Shown: positions 20,347-30,287 of the stretch, in pieces | Layout of the letters: each line of letters opens with the position of its first letter | Position numbering within the stretch: position 1 is the first letter of the stretch | From: Planctomycetota bacterium | GTDB lineage: Bacteria; Planctomycetota; JAJSAM01; JAJVHW01 | DNA: 64,000 nt | Assembly (NCBI GenBank): GCA_965248445.1 | Contig: CBDFJG010000003.1 | Span: 1,248,001-1,312,000, forward strand | Reading direction: 5' to 3' | Notes under the pieces: generated by a model | The model's input: only the letters and a program-made list of their open reading frames with translations | What the model was told of the DNA's origin: nothing | Databases searched by the model: none | Program-made: the position numbers and the translations under genes

Positions 20347-21153
20347 TCAGAACGAGTCGTACCTACGGCGCTCCTCGACCTCGTCGCAATCGACGCTGCA
20401 GATCGCCTCGAAGGCCTGCCGGGCATGGGGCTTGACCGGCACGCTCTCGTCGCCGACAGCCGCCCTCTCGACGCGCCACGGACGCACGCCCGGGAAGACC
20501 CAGAGAGTGCGGAGCCGGCGCTGCGTGAGCAGGACCTCGCCCGAATCGCGGTTCGCGAGGACGACCTCCTGCGCCCGCCAGGCGATCGCCTTGGCGAGAC
20601 GCCCCGCCACGAAGTTGCCCGCCAGCAGCAGCAGGCCGACGAGGGCGAAGATCGCGATCCGGGACTCGACGTTCGCGCGCGCCTCCCCCGCCACGATCGC
20701 ACGAGCTGTGTTGCGCAGGTACGCCCACGCCGTCAGCGGTGTGAGGAGACCGAGGGCGAGAATGAGACAAACCGGGTTGCCCAGCTGCCAGAGCGCCGCT
20801 GCGCCCGACATCGGCACGGCGAAGCACGCCACGAACGTCGCCCATGCCGCGCCGAGTCCGAGGAGACCCGACGCTGGGATCGCCCACCAGCCCACCCGCT
20901 TGCGGAAGAGGTGCCAGAGGAGGAGGCCGGCGATGCCCGTCAGAGTGAAGAGCTGGACGTACGGTGTGATCCAGATGGCGCCCGACACGGTGTCGTAGTC
21001 CGGCGAGTGCGCCACGACCGTGCGGTCGAGTGCGATCCCCGCGATCGGCAGAACAACACCGAACGTCAGGTCGAACGCAACGGTCCGGCGGGTGACGTCA
21101 CCGCGTGCGAGCCAGCGCAGGATGCGGACGGGAATCGACAGCCAGGCGGACAT
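20347..21153 (-). CDS. Hypothetical multi-pass membrane protein
   Basis: About six hydrophobic segments; codon usage consistent with coding. Confidence 0.7.
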   Translation of the reverse strand: MSAWLSIPVRILRWLARGDVTRRTVAFDLTFGVVLPIAGIALDRTVVAHSPDYDTVSGAIWITPYVQLFTLTGIAGLLLWHLFRKRVGWWAIPASGLLGLGAAWATFVACFAVPMSGAAALWQLGNPVCLILALGLLTPLTAWAYLRNTARAIVAGEARANVESRIAIFALVGLLLLAGNFVAGRLAKAIAWRAQEVVLANRDSGEVLLTQRRLRTLWVFPGVRPWRVERAAVGDESVPVKPHARQAFEAICSVDCDEVEERRRYDSF

Positions 21154-21196
21154 CTCGTCGTAGGGCTTGCGCGGAGAATGCTCGTGCGCGATGGCG

Positions 21197-21760
21197 TCAG
21201 TCTGTCCGGTCGCCCTTGCCCTTGATCTTGATCTTGCCGCGGAACGTCTGCCCCGCGTTGGGGCCGGCCGTGATCGTGCCCTCGACCGTGTACTTCAGCT
21301 TGAGCCGCGGCTTCTGGAACTTCTTGTTCACCTTGAACTTGCCACTCACTTCGACCGACGTGAAGTCGACGCCATCGGGGAAGCCGACCTTCGGCTTCTT
21401 GCCCTTCCACGTCGTCCCGCTCCCGAGCGCCCCGTAAAACGCGTTCAGCTCGCCCACCTCGTTGCCGTCGGGGCTCGCGCCGGACTTGCGGTCGCTCTCG
21501 TCGGTGAATTCGCCGGGGAGGTTGTAGAGAGTCGCGCCGATCTCGTAGCGCAGCTTGAACGTCAGCAGCGAGTTGAACGCGCCGACGTCGGTGCTGGCGT
21601 CTTTCGCCTTCGCGACGACCTTGTCGTCGTCGTCGTAGATCTTTCCGGTCATCTTGAACGCCAGCTCGAACGAACCGGACGTCAACTCGCGGGCATCCAC
21701 GTCGCTCGCGAGCGTCAGCGCCAGCCCCACCGCCAGCCCGTACTTGAGTGCCGTCTTCAT
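21197..21760 (-). CDS. Hypothetical secreted Lys-rich beta protein
   Basis: Strong RBS GGAGGTGA; signal peptide MKTALKYGLAVGLALTLASDVDA. Confidence 0.8.
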   Translation of the reverse strand: MKTALKYGLAVGLALTLASDVDARELTSGSFELAFKMTGKIYDDDDKVVAKAKDASTDVGAFNSLLTFKLRYEIGATLYNLPGEFTDESDRKSGASPDGNEVGELNAFYGALGSGTTWKGKKPKVGFPDGVDFTSVEVSGKFKVNKKFQKPRLKLKYTVEGTITAGPNAGQTFRGKIKIKGKGDRTD

Positions 21761-21824
21761 CGCATCACCTCCCCTCGGGTCGCGGGCGGCATGCGCCGCG
21801 ACGCGGAGAGGATAGACGAACGGT

Positions 21825-22478
21825 TCAGCCGGTGCGCCGGTGCAGTCGCGCGAGCACGCTGCGCGCCGCCGTGCGCACCTCGGGGATATCGTGCTTCAGT
21901 GCGCGCACGACGCCCTCGCGGTACTCGGCGAGGCCCAGTTGCCAGAGTGCTGCGCGGTACGCGAGCCGCGCGATCGGAGAGCGCTGCCGCCGCAACGCTT
22001 CCCGCAAGGGGGAGATCGCATCGAGCGCGCCCATGCGACCGAGAGACGACGCGCAGGCCACCCGCACGCACGGCGCCCGATCGTCCAGGCCCTCGATCAG
22101 CGGGAACATGCCCAGGGGGTCGGCAAGTTCACCGAGAGCCTCCGCCGCTGCCTCGCGCACGACCACGCGTTCGTCCGAGAACGGGATCAGCAACGAGTCG
22201 AGGGGCTCGTACTCGTAGAGGGTGATCGCTCCGTCGACCGCTGCCAGACGGACGTCGACGGAGCGATCGTCGAGGGCGAGCCAGATCGCGCTGTCCGCCC
22301 GCTCGTCGGCGACGCCGGACAGACCGCGAACCGCGGCCGCGCGCCTGACGGGCTCGCGTGCACGGGTGGCGTCGAGCAGCTCGGCGAGAGCCGCTTCGTC
22401 ACCGCGGGCCGCGCGCGCACCGAGGCGCACCAGCCCGCCGAGCGTCCGCCGCGCCTGCCGGGGCGCTGCGGACGTCAC
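21825..22478 (-). CDS. HEAT-repeat protein
   Basis: VRRAAAVRGL, VRLAAVDG, VREAAAEALGEL, VRVACASSLGRM. Confidence 0.75.
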   Translation of the reverse strand: MTSAAPRQARRTLGGLVRLGARAARGDEAALAELLDATRAREPVRRAAAVRGLSGVADERADSAIWLALDDRSVDVRLAAVDGAITLYEYEPLDSLLIPFSDERVVVREAAAEALGELADPLGMFPLIEGLDDRAPCVRVACASSLGRMGALDAISPLREALRRQRSPIARLAYRAALWQLGLAEYREGVVRALKHDIPEVRTAARSVLARLHRRTG

Positions 22479-22758
22479 TTCGGACGTCGTTGGCGACAGA
22501 ACCTGTCCCTCGGACTCACTCGACCCGTCGGGATGGCTGCGCCACCCTCCTCCGGCGCCCCTCAGAGCTCAGCACCGGCCGGGTCCAACCCCCTAGATCG
22601 GCAGGAGCGCCGGAATCTTCCAATCGCCACTCTTCGAATTGCCGACCGGATCGCGCGGCCGATATGTCCGCTCAACCTGACGCCCGGGCTCAACCAGGTG
22701 CATGACCTCCCCTTGGTGGATCGTCGCCGGGGCCGCCCGCGGAGTTACGCTCCGCGTC

Positions 22759-24528
22759 GTGACGCACGCGTTCTGCCCCGATCCGTACGTGCCCCGCCGG
22801 AGGCGCACCCACGTCTGCCGCATCGGCGACGTTCCGGTCGGCGGCGACCACCCGATCGTCGTGCAGTCGATGACGACGACCGACACGCTCGACGTGGACG
22901 GCACCGTCGCCCAGACGCTCGCTCTCGCGGAGGCGGGCAGCGAGATCGTGCGGATCACCGCACCGACCGTCAAGGCAGCGCGAGCGCTGGCGGAGATCCG
23001 CGACAAGGTGCGGGCGGCCGGGTGCAACGCTCCGCTCGTAGCCGACATCCACTTCACACCGGCCGCGGCGATGGAGGCGGTCAAGCACGTCGAGAAGGTG
23101 CGGGTCAATCCGGGCAACTACGTCGACTCGAAGCGCTTCCGCCGCCGCGACTACACCGACGAGGAGTACGGCGCCGAGATCCGCCGCGTGCAGGAGCGCT
23201 TTCGCCCGCTCGTGCAAGAGGCCAAGCGCCGCGGCGTAGCGCTGCGTATCGGCACGAACCACGGGTCGCTGTCCGATCGCGTGATGAACCAGTTCGGCGA
23301 CACGCCGCTCGGCATGGTCGAGTCGGCGCTCGAGTATCTGGCCGTCTGCGAAGAAGAAGAGCACCGCGACGTCGTGCTCTCCATGAAATCGAGCAACCCG
23401 CAGGCGATGGTGCAGGCGTACCGCATGCTCTCCGCGCGGCTCGACGTGCTCGGCTGGCCGTACCCGTTCCACCTCGGAGTGACGGAAGCCGGCGAAGGCG
23501 AAGACGGACGTACGAAGAGCGCGATCGGGATCGCGTCGCTCCTGCGCGACGGCATCGGCGACACCATTCGCGTCTCGCTGACGGAGCACCCGGTGCGCGA
23601 GGTGCCCGTGGCGCAATCGCTGCTCCGGCTGGTGGGGCCGCTGCCGCTCGACGAGGAAGGGCCGTTCGCACCACCCGCGACGCCGTTGCCGTTCGATCCG
23701 TTCGAGTACGCGCAACGCGCAAGCGAAAGCCGCCCCTTCGGCGCGCACAAACTCGGCGGGGACGGTCCGGTTGTCGTGATGGTCGCACTCCGCGCCGGAT
23801 TCCCGGCGCAGGCCGACTGCATCGATCGGCTGCGAGTCCTCGCCACCCCGGCTGGTCCCGGGATTCCCGCGCTCGAGGGGGTGCTGCTCGAAGACGCGGA
23901 CTCCGCACACGCGGACCGGCTTCGCGGATCTCTGCCCGGTGTCGCGGTCTGTCTTCGTTCCGAGCTCGCCGTACGCGAATCGGTCACCGGCTACAGGCGG
24001 CTCGCCGTGGAGTCCGGCCGCGATCCGCTGGTTCTGGTTCTCGATCTGCCGGCAAACCGTGACGACGCGCTACTCGAAGCGGCGGGCATCGCGGGACCGC
24101 TGCTCGCGGACGGAGTCGGCGACGCGCTCTGCCTCGGCGGGGCCCACGAGCCGGAGGATCTCCTGCACCTGACGCTCGGCGTGCTGCAGTCGTCGCGACT
24201 GCGCAGCTCGCGCACCGAGTACATCGCGTGTCCAGGCTGCGGGCGCACCCTCTTCGACCTCGAGGAAACGACGCAGCGCATCAAGGCGCGCACCGGCCAC
24301 CTCCCGGGCGTGAAGATCGCCGTGATGGGTTGCATCGTCAACGGCCCGGGCGAGATGGCGGACGCAGACTTCGGATACGTCGGGAGCGCGCCGGGACTCG
24401 TGAACCTGTATGTCGGCAAGGAGATCGTGCGCCGCGGCGTCGCCCAGTCCGACGCAGACGACGAGCTGATCGATCTGCTCCGCGAACACGGCGTCTGGCG
24501 CGAGCCGCAACCGCAAGCGGCGGGCTGA
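22759..24528 (+). CDS. ispG: HMBPP synthase IspG, long form (start approximate)
   Basis: PIVVQSMTTTDT, PLVADIHF, RVNPGN, RIGTNHGSLSDR, HLGVTEAG, CPGCGRT, AVMGCIVNGPGE. Confidence 0.97.
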   Translation: MTHAFCPDPYVPRRRRTHVCRIGDVPVGGDHPIVVQSMTTTDTLDVDGTVAQTLALAEAGSEIVRITAPTVKAARALAEIRDKVRAAGCNAPLVADIHFTPAAAMEAVKHVEKVRVNPGNYVDSKRFRRRDYTDEEYGAEIRRVQERFRPLVQEAKRRGVALRIGTNHGSLSDRVMNQFGDTPLGMVESALEYLAVCEEEEHRDVVLSMKSSNPQAMVQAYRMLSARLDVLGWPYPFHLGVTEAGEGEDGRTKSAIGIASLLRDGIGDTIRVSLTEHPVREVPVAQSLLRLVGPLPLDEEGPFAPPATPLPFDPFEYAQRASESRPFGAHKLGGDGPVVVMVALRAGFPAQADCIDRLRVLATPAGPGIPALEGVLLEDADSAHADRLRGSLPGVAVCLRSELAVRESVTGYRRLAVESGRDPLVLVLDLPANRDDALLEAAGIAGPLLADGVGDALCLGGAHEPEDLLHLTLGVLQSSRLRSSRTEYIACPGCGRTLFDLEETTQRIKARTGHLPGVKIAVMGCIVNGPGEMADADFGYVGSAPGLVNLYVGKEIVRRGVAQSDADDELIDLLREHGVWREPQPQAAG

Positions 24529-25001
24529 TGCGGGACGCGGACTTCGTGCCGCTCGACCCCGGACCGCTGCGCGACGGGGACCTCGTGCTGGCGCTATCCA
24601 ACGTCGAGGGGAACGACCCGGCCCGCAATCGGGTCCCGCGGTACAGCTTCGCGATGCAGAACGCTGACACGGGCGAGGTCATGGGCCGGATCCGACTGCG
24701 GATCACCGATGGGTGGGAGTTCAGCCACCACAACGGGCACATCGGATTCGACGTGGACGAGGCGCACCGAGGACGAAGGTACGCTGCGCGCAGCGCCCGC
24801 CTGCTGCTGCCGCTCGCCCGTGCGCACGGACTGCCGGAGATCTGGATCACCTGCGGTCCCGAGAACGCGGCATCCGCCCGTTCCTGCAAGCTCGCCGGGG
24901 GCGTCTACGTGGACACCATCGAGGTGCCCGACACAGCCGAGATGTACGCCCGTGGCATCCGCCTCCGTGAGCGGTACAGGCTCGACACGGGCGCCGCCTG
25001 A
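24528..25001 (+). CDS. GNAT-family acetyltransferase
   Basis: GHIGFDVDEAHRGRRYA, ITCGPENAASARSCKLAGG. Confidence 0.85.
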   Translation: MRDADFVPLDPGPLRDGDLVLALSNVEGNDPARNRVPRYSFAMQNADTGEVMGRIRLRITDGWEFSHHNGHIGFDVDEAHRGRRYAARSARLLLPLARAHGLPEIWITCGPENAASARSCKLAGGVYVDTIEVPDTAEMYARGIRLRERYRLDTGAA

Positions 25002-25011
25002 CAAGTGCGGC

Positions 25012-26289
25012 ATGGCGCGAGGGTTTGGTAGCGTTCCGCCCTCAGTGGCAACCCAAGAAAAGCGGATCGACGATCTTCTCGCGAAAGCGATCGACGGAGG
25101 GCGGCTCACGCCCGATGAGGGGCTCGTCCTGCACGAGGAAGCCGACCTCCTGGATCTCGGCCTGGCCGCTCACGAGGTGCGCAAGCGACTGCACCCCGAG
25201 CCGGTCGTTACGTACATCGTCGATCGCAATGTCAACTACTCGAACATCTGCGACAGCTACTGCCGTTTCTGCAGTTTCTACGCGGCGCCGGGATCCAAGA
25301 ACGGCTACCTGCTGACACGCGCAACGCTCAAGAAGAAGATCGAGGAGACCATCGCTCTCGGCGGCCGGCAGATCCTCATGCAGGGCGGCACGCACCCGGA
25401 GTGGGACGTCGAGTGGTACGCCGACCTGATCCGGTTCTGCAAGTCGCTGGGCGTGCACGTGCACGCGCTCTCCTCGCCCGAGATCGTGAAGATCGCCGAG
25501 GTCTCCGATCTGTCGATCCGCGACACGATCGCGCGCCTGATGGAAGCCGGTCTCGACTCCATCCCCGGCGGCGGGGCGGAGATCCTGACCGACTACGCGC
25601 GCACTGCGATCTCGCCGCTCAAGTGCACGACCGAAGAGTGGCTGCAGGTGCACCGCGACGCCCACTCGCTCGGCCTGCGCACCACGGCGACCATGATGTG
25701 CGGCCATCTCGAACGCCCGGTGGACCGCGTCGAGCACCTGGACCGGCTGCGCACGCTCCAGGACGAGTCGCACGCGCGCGCCGGAACGACAGATGCCGGG
25801 TTCACGGCGTTCATCGCGTGGCTGTTTCAGCCGACGGCGGCGCTCAAGAGGGAAGAGCCCCACGGGGGCGCCGACTACTTGCGGGTGGTCGCGCTCGCGC
25901 GCCTCTACCTGCAGAACGTCCGCAACATGCAGTCGTCGTGGGTGACCATGGGTCCGAAAGCCGGCCAGATGGCGCTGTGGTTCGGCTGCAACGACATGGG
26001 GTCGACCATGATCGAGGAGAACGTTGTCTCGTCCGCGGGCGTCGCGTACCGAATGCTCTCGCCGGAGATCTGCGCCGTGATCGAAGCGGCCGGGTTCCGG
26101 CCCCAGCAGCGCAACTTTTTCTACGAACCGGTCGAGGCACGCTTCCTCGACACGCCCGAGCGCATGCGCGAAGTGTGCGGAACGAACCCGCGGAATCTCG
26201 CCTTGTCGGCGAACGAGTTCGAACAGGCACCGGCTAATCTCATCTCGGAATCGGCTGATCTCGGGAATCGGCTGATCTCGGGAAGGTGA
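25012..26289 (+). CDS. mqnC: Cyclic dehypoxanthinyl futalosine synthase (radical SAM)
   Basis: VTYIVDRNVNYSNICDSYCRFC, ILMQGGTHP, SIPGGGAEIL, QSSWVTMG, NDMGSTMIEENVVSSAG. Confidence 0.92.
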   Translation: MARGFGSVPPSVATQEKRIDDLLAKAIDGGRLTPDEGLVLHEEADLLDLGLAAHEVRKRLHPEPVVTYIVDRNVNYSNICDSYCRFCSFYAAPGSKNGYLLTRATLKKKIEETIALGGRQILMQGGTHPEWDVEWYADLIRFCKSLGVHVHALSSPEIVKIAEVSDLSIRDTIARLMEAGLDSIPGGGAEILTDYARTAISPLKCTTEEWLQVHRDAHSLGLRTTATMMCGHLERPVDRVEHLDRLRTLQDESHARAGTTDAGFTAFIAWLFQPTAALKREEPHGGADYLRVVALARLYLQNVRNMQSSWVTMGPKAGQMALWFGCNDMGSTMIEENVVSSAGVAYRMLSPEICAVIEAAGFRPQQRNFFYEPVEARFLDTPERMREVCGTNPRNLALSANEFEQAPANLISESADLGNRLISGR

Positions 26290-26293
26290 TCAC

Positions 26294-27313
26294 TTGACAC
26301 TCTCAGCAATCCGACGCCGCGTCGTCGAGACCGCCGGGCTCGGCGATCTGATCGAACGGGCCCTGCGCGGAGCGCGACTGTCCCGTGACGCGCTTCTCCG
26401 TGTCCTCGAGTGCGGCAACCCGCTCGCGGCGGCGGCCCTCGCGGATGCGCGACGCGCCGCCACGAGCAACGTCGTGGTCACGCACCCGTGGACGCTGCGT
26501 GTGCGCGCCCCCGGCCACACGTTCGCGGCCGAGCCGGCGACACTGGTGTCGCACCCGCTCTCGCGCGTCGCGGGCGTGACGGCGAGCGAAGTGCAACTGG
26601 TCGGTATCCCCCGCAGCGGGCTCACGCTGACGGTTGCTCTCGATCTGGCGCGCGGCGTGCGCGACGCGCGGCCGGCTCTGCCGCTGCGCGCGTTCACGGC
26701 GTCGCAGGTGCGCACGATCTCGGCGGCGGAGAGCATGACCGACCGCCAGGTCATCGAGGCGCTCGCCGGCTCCGGTGTCGCAACGCTCGACTGGGCGCCG
26801 GGCGAGGGCCTCGACCCCGCCGGGATCGCCGTGCACCGGGCCGCCCACGAGGCGGGAGTGAAGACGGTGCTGCCCGTCGCGTACACGCGCGGGTCTCTGT
26901 CCACCACCTTCCTGGACCGCCTCGAGGCCTATCGCCGCATCGTAGAGGACACGCAGGGGTTCCTGTCGTGCGTCGTGCTCCCCGACCGCACGGAGGGCGC
27001 CAGTCCTCTGCACGGGAGCTCCGGCAGCGACGACACGATGGCGTGCGCTGTCGCGCGGCTCGCATTCGGCCACGTCGTGCCCCGGGTCACCGTGGACGCG
27101 CACGTGCTGGGGCACAAGCTCGGTGCGCTTCTCCTCTCCGCGGGCGCCGACGACTTCGTCGGAGCGCAGGCCGCCGCTGCGTGGGCCGCGCCGACCGACG
27201 ACGGGCCTCGGCCTCTCAATCCCGACCGCGTGCGTCGTCATCTGATCGAGGCGCGACGGTCGCCCGAGCTGCGGAACGCGCTGTTCCTGAATGTGAACGA
27301 CTCGTGCGCGTGA
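26294..27313 (+). CDS. MqnE/CofH-like protein lacking the CX3CX2C motif
   Basis: LRAFTASQV, VHRAAHEAG, EDTQGFLS, SGSDD..AVARL, LGHKLGALLLSAGADDFVG, PELRNALF parallel MqnE motifs; no cysteine triad. Confidence 0.75.
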   Translation: MTLSAIRRRVVETAGLGDLIERALRGARLSRDALLRVLECGNPLAAAALADARRAATSNVVVTHPWTLRVRAPGHTFAAEPATLVSHPLSRVAGVTASEVQLVGIPRSGLTLTVALDLARGVRDARPALPLRAFTASQVRTISAAESMTDRQVIEALAGSGVATLDWAPGEGLDPAGIAVHRAAHEAGVKTVLPVAYTRGSLSTTFLDRLEAYRRIVEDTQGFLSCVVLPDRTEGASPLHGSSGSDDTMACAVARLAFGHVVPRVTVDAHVLGHKLGALLLSAGADDFVGAQAAAAWAAPTDDGPRPLNPDRVRRHLIEARRSPELRNALFLNVNDSCA

Positions 27314-27549
27314 GGGTGCTTCTGTTCGCCTCCGCGCGCGAAGCGGCGGGCTGCGATGAGCTCGAGTGTGACGTCACGAGCGGCGCCACCGTGGCGTCCG
27401 CGTTCGCGCAACTGGCGGCGACACACCCTCGTTTGGGGGAGCTGCTGCCGTCGTGCCGGGCCGCGATCGACGACGAGTTCGCGAGCCTGGATGCCGTCAT
27501 CCCGGACGGCTCCGTGCTCGCCGTCCTGCCGCCGGTGTCGGGCGGCTAG
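27310..27549 (+). CDS. moaD: MoaD/ThiS sulfur carrier
   Basis: VLLFASAREAAG...AVLPPVSGG; GTG overlaps the upstream TGA. Confidence 0.92.
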   Translation: MRVLLFASAREAAGCDELECDVTSGATVASAFAQLAATHPRLGELLPSCRAAIDDEFASLDAVIPDGSVLAVLPPVSGG

Positions 27550-27551
27550 CA

Positions 27552-28046
27552 GTGGGTCCCTTCGGCATCACCCGCAACAAGCTCGACCTCGGATGGATGG
27601 TCGCGTGCGTCAAGGACCCGCGCTCCGGGGCGGTCGTCACGTTCCTCGGCGTGTCGCGGGAGACGTCGCTCGACAAGCGCAACGTCGAGCGGCCGGTCAA
27701 GACGCTCTACTACGAGGCGTACGACGTGATGGCGATCAAGAAGCTCCGGGAGATCGCGAAGACGGCGCAAGAAGAGTACGGGGCGCTGCACGTCTCGGCA
27801 TGGCACCGCAAGGGTGAGGTCCGCGTCGGCGAAGTCTCGGTCGCCATCGCCGTCTCGGCACCGCACAGGCCCGAGGCGTACGCCGCATGCCGCTACGTGA
27901 TCGACGAGATCAAGCGCTCCGTACCAATCTGGAAACGGGAGTGCTTCGAGGACGGCGAAGAGTGGGTCGAGGGCTTCGTCGCGGATCCGCGCAGTGCCAG
28001 CCCGACCCGGGCCAATCCGGGCAGCGGAGGGCCGGCCGACGTCTGA
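27552..28046 (+). CDS. moaE: Molybdopterin synthase catalytic subunit
   Basis: GAVVTFLGVSR, LYYEAY, HRKGEVRVGE, SAPHR, IKRSVPIWKRE. Confidence 0.95.
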   Translation: MGPFGITRNKLDLGWMVACVKDPRSGAVVTFLGVSRETSLDKRNVERPVKTLYYEAYDVMAIKKLREIAKTAQEEYGALHVSAWHRKGEVRVGEVSVAIAVSAPHRPEAYAACRYVIDEIKRSVPIWKRECFEDGEEWVEGFVADPRSASPTRANPGSGGPADV

Positions 28047-29079
28047 CGGACGCCTGGTCTCCGTTCAGCTGCTGCGCGCGGCGGCGGCCTGGATGGTCGT
28101 CTACTACCACTTCGTCGCGCTCGCCTGCGGCTTCTCTGCCGGCAACCCGCTCAGCGAGTTCTTCCTGCACCGCGGGATGTTCGGCGTCGACGTGTTCTTC
28201 GTGATCAGTGGATTCATCATGGTTTTCACCGTCGCGACGCGTGAATACGCCGTGCGGCGTTTTCTCGCGAACCGCTTCGCACGAATCGCACCGGCATACT
28301 GGTTCGCAACGCTGCTGCTGATCGGGCTCGCGGCGTTGCTTCCAAGGCGCTTCATCACACTCCAGTGGACGCCCTCGTCTCTTGCGGAGTCGCTGGCGTT
28401 CCTGCCTCCCTCGCACGGCAAGTTCTTCCCCGTGCTGAGCGTCGGGTGGACTCTCAATCTCGAGGCGTTCTTCTATGCTGCGCTCGGTGTGTGCCTGCTG
28501 TTCGGGCGTCGAGTCGGGCCCATCGCGTGCGCGGCGCTGCTGTTCGTGCTGCCGCTGACGTGGCCTCCCGAGTGGCCGTTCGCGGTCGTGCTGGCGTCTC
28601 CGCACCTGCACCGTTTCGTCGCTGGGATGCTCGTCGGATACGCCTTCTTGCACGGCGGCGGCGTCCGCCGGTTCTTGGGACAGCGCCCGTACGCCTCCCT
28701 GGCAGTCTTCGCGATCCCGCTCGTCCTGCTGCAGCTCCCGGCGGTGCGCGCAGCACTCGGATCGGTCGATGGGATCTCGGGCGTGCTGGTCCTGCTCTCC
28801 GCACTGTCGCTCGAGCCGATGATCCGGCGCTGGCACCCGAGGGTGCTCCGCCCTCTGGCGCACCTCGGCGATGTCTCGTACTCGACATATCTGCTGCACG
28901 TGATCGTACTCCACGTCGTGATCGGAGTCGGGACGCTCGCCGTCGCCGGCGCGGTCAAGAGGACGCTGGCTGCCGTGGGCTTCGGCGTCGTGACGTACCT
29001 CGCCTCGGCCCTCTCGTACCGGTACATCGAGCGCAGTCCCGTCGTGCGTCGGGTGCGGGAGCGCCTGGCCGGCGAGTAA
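27994..29079 (+). CDS. Acyltransferase family 3 (OafA-like membrane O-acyltransferase); start uncertain
   Basis: QLLRAAAAWMVVYYH, GVDVFFVISGFIM, RFARIAPAYW, GWTLNLEAFFY, LGDVSYSTYLLH. Confidence 0.9.
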   Translation: MPARPGPIRAAEGRPTSDGRLVSVQLLRAAAAWMVVYYHFVALACGFSAGNPLSEFFLHRGMFGVDVFFVISGFIMVFTVATREYAVRRFLANRFARIAPAYWFATLLLIGLAALLPRRFITLQWTPSSLAESLAFLPPSHGKFFPVLSVGWTLNLEAFFYAALGVCLLFGRRVGPIACAALLFVLPLTWPPEWPFAVVLASPHLHRFVAGMLVGYAFLHGGGVRRFLGQRPYASLAVFAIPLVLLQLPAVRAALGSVDGISGVLVLLSALSLEPMIRRWHPRVLRPLAHLGDVSYSTYLLHVIVLHVVIGVGTLAVAGAVKRTLAAVGFGVVTYLASALSYRYIERSPVVRRVRERLAGE

Positions 29080-29088
29080 CCTGAGTTG

Positions 29089-30126
29089 ATGCACGTTCGC
29101 GCCACGCTGCTGGTCCTTGCGCTCCTCCTGGCGGGCGCATGCGCGCCATCGCCACCCGGCGCGATCGCCTCGGAGACGCTGCCTGCCGCCGCAGACGACC
29201 TGCCGGACGAAGAGGCATTCCTCGCGGAGATGGACAGGAGCCGCGGTCACCGCGACGTGTTCTCGGTCATTCGGGACCCGGACTTCGTGCGGGCGTCCTC
29301 CGGCGGGCTGAAGCCGGGCGAGATGGTGTTGGGACTCGACCTCGGCGACGCGCAGTTCGCCTATCCGATCAATCTGCTCAATCACCACGAGATCGTCGAG
29401 CACACGTCGAACGGACGGGACCTACTGGTCTGCTGGTGACCGCTCTGTCGTACGGGCGTCGTGCACGCCCGCACCATCGACGGGAAGCCCGCGCGCTTCG
29501 GCCACCGAGGCTGGCTGTGGAAGAACGCGTACATCCTCTACGACGTCGAGACCGACAGCCTGTGGCACCACCTGACCGGCCGTGCCCTGTCGGGTCCGCT
29601 GCGCGGGACGGCTCTCGCGCGCTGGCGCACGGAGCTGCTCACCTGGGAGGCCTGGCGGGCAGAGCACCCCGACACGCTGGTGCTGCCCAAACCCGCCGCC
29701 CATCCAGCCGACCTCTCGGTCGACGTCTACGCCCAGCGGAACTCCGGACTCCGTTTCGGGCTGGGCATCGAGATCGGCGAGGAGCGTGTTCTCTACCCCC
29801 TCGCACTGCTCCACGACGGCCCCGTGGAGGACGAGGTGGCCGGCATCCCCGTCGTGGTCGCGGGGGACGGTGCCTCCCGCGCCGCGTTCGCCTGGGACCG
29901 CCGCGTGGACGGCCGCCCGGCCTCGTTCGAGGTCTCGGCCGACGGCCGCGGCGCCCCGTTGCTGCAGGTGGTCGGCGGCGGCCCGGCCTTCCGGCTGAGG
30001 AGCGGAAGGGCCGTGGGAGGAGACCGGGAGGGGCTCCATCCGGTATTCTCTACGCAGTGGGAGGTCGGCGCGTGGCGTGCGCAGCATCCCAACGGGCGGG
30101 TTCACGAGGCCGGTGGGCCACGGTGA
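29089..30126 (+). CDS. DUF3179-family lipoprotein, probable selenoprotein (UGA at 29437-29439)
   Basis: Two in-frame ORFs joined across TGA give HHEIVEH..LLVCW-U-PLCRTG..LYDVETDSLW..ALSGPLRG..TWEAWRAEHPDT; hairpin 29453-29471; lipobox AGA-C. Confidence 0.85.
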
Positions 30127-30198
30127 GCGTTGTCTCCGGCCGGATACACGCCGTGCGTCGCCGCCCGCTCCGGGCAGGCTCGGCGAGCCCAGCGAGGG

Positions 30199-30215
30199 CT
30201 GGCAGGGCAGTTGCT
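30199..30215 (+). promoter_or_regulatory. Sigma54 (-24/-12) promoter
   Basis: CTGGCAGGGCAGTTGCT, GG-N10-GC spacing, intergenic. Confidence 0.6.
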
Positions 30216-30287
30216 CAGGGATCCATGGAGTGGGCGGTCCCGTTCCAGTCGGTACGGCCCCCCCGCGGGCTCTCGAGGAGGTCAGAG

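Noticed and set aside
22759..24528. Long IspG with an inserted domain as a novelty
   Set aside because: The three-domain IspG form is already known from plants, Chlamydiae and Bacteroidota
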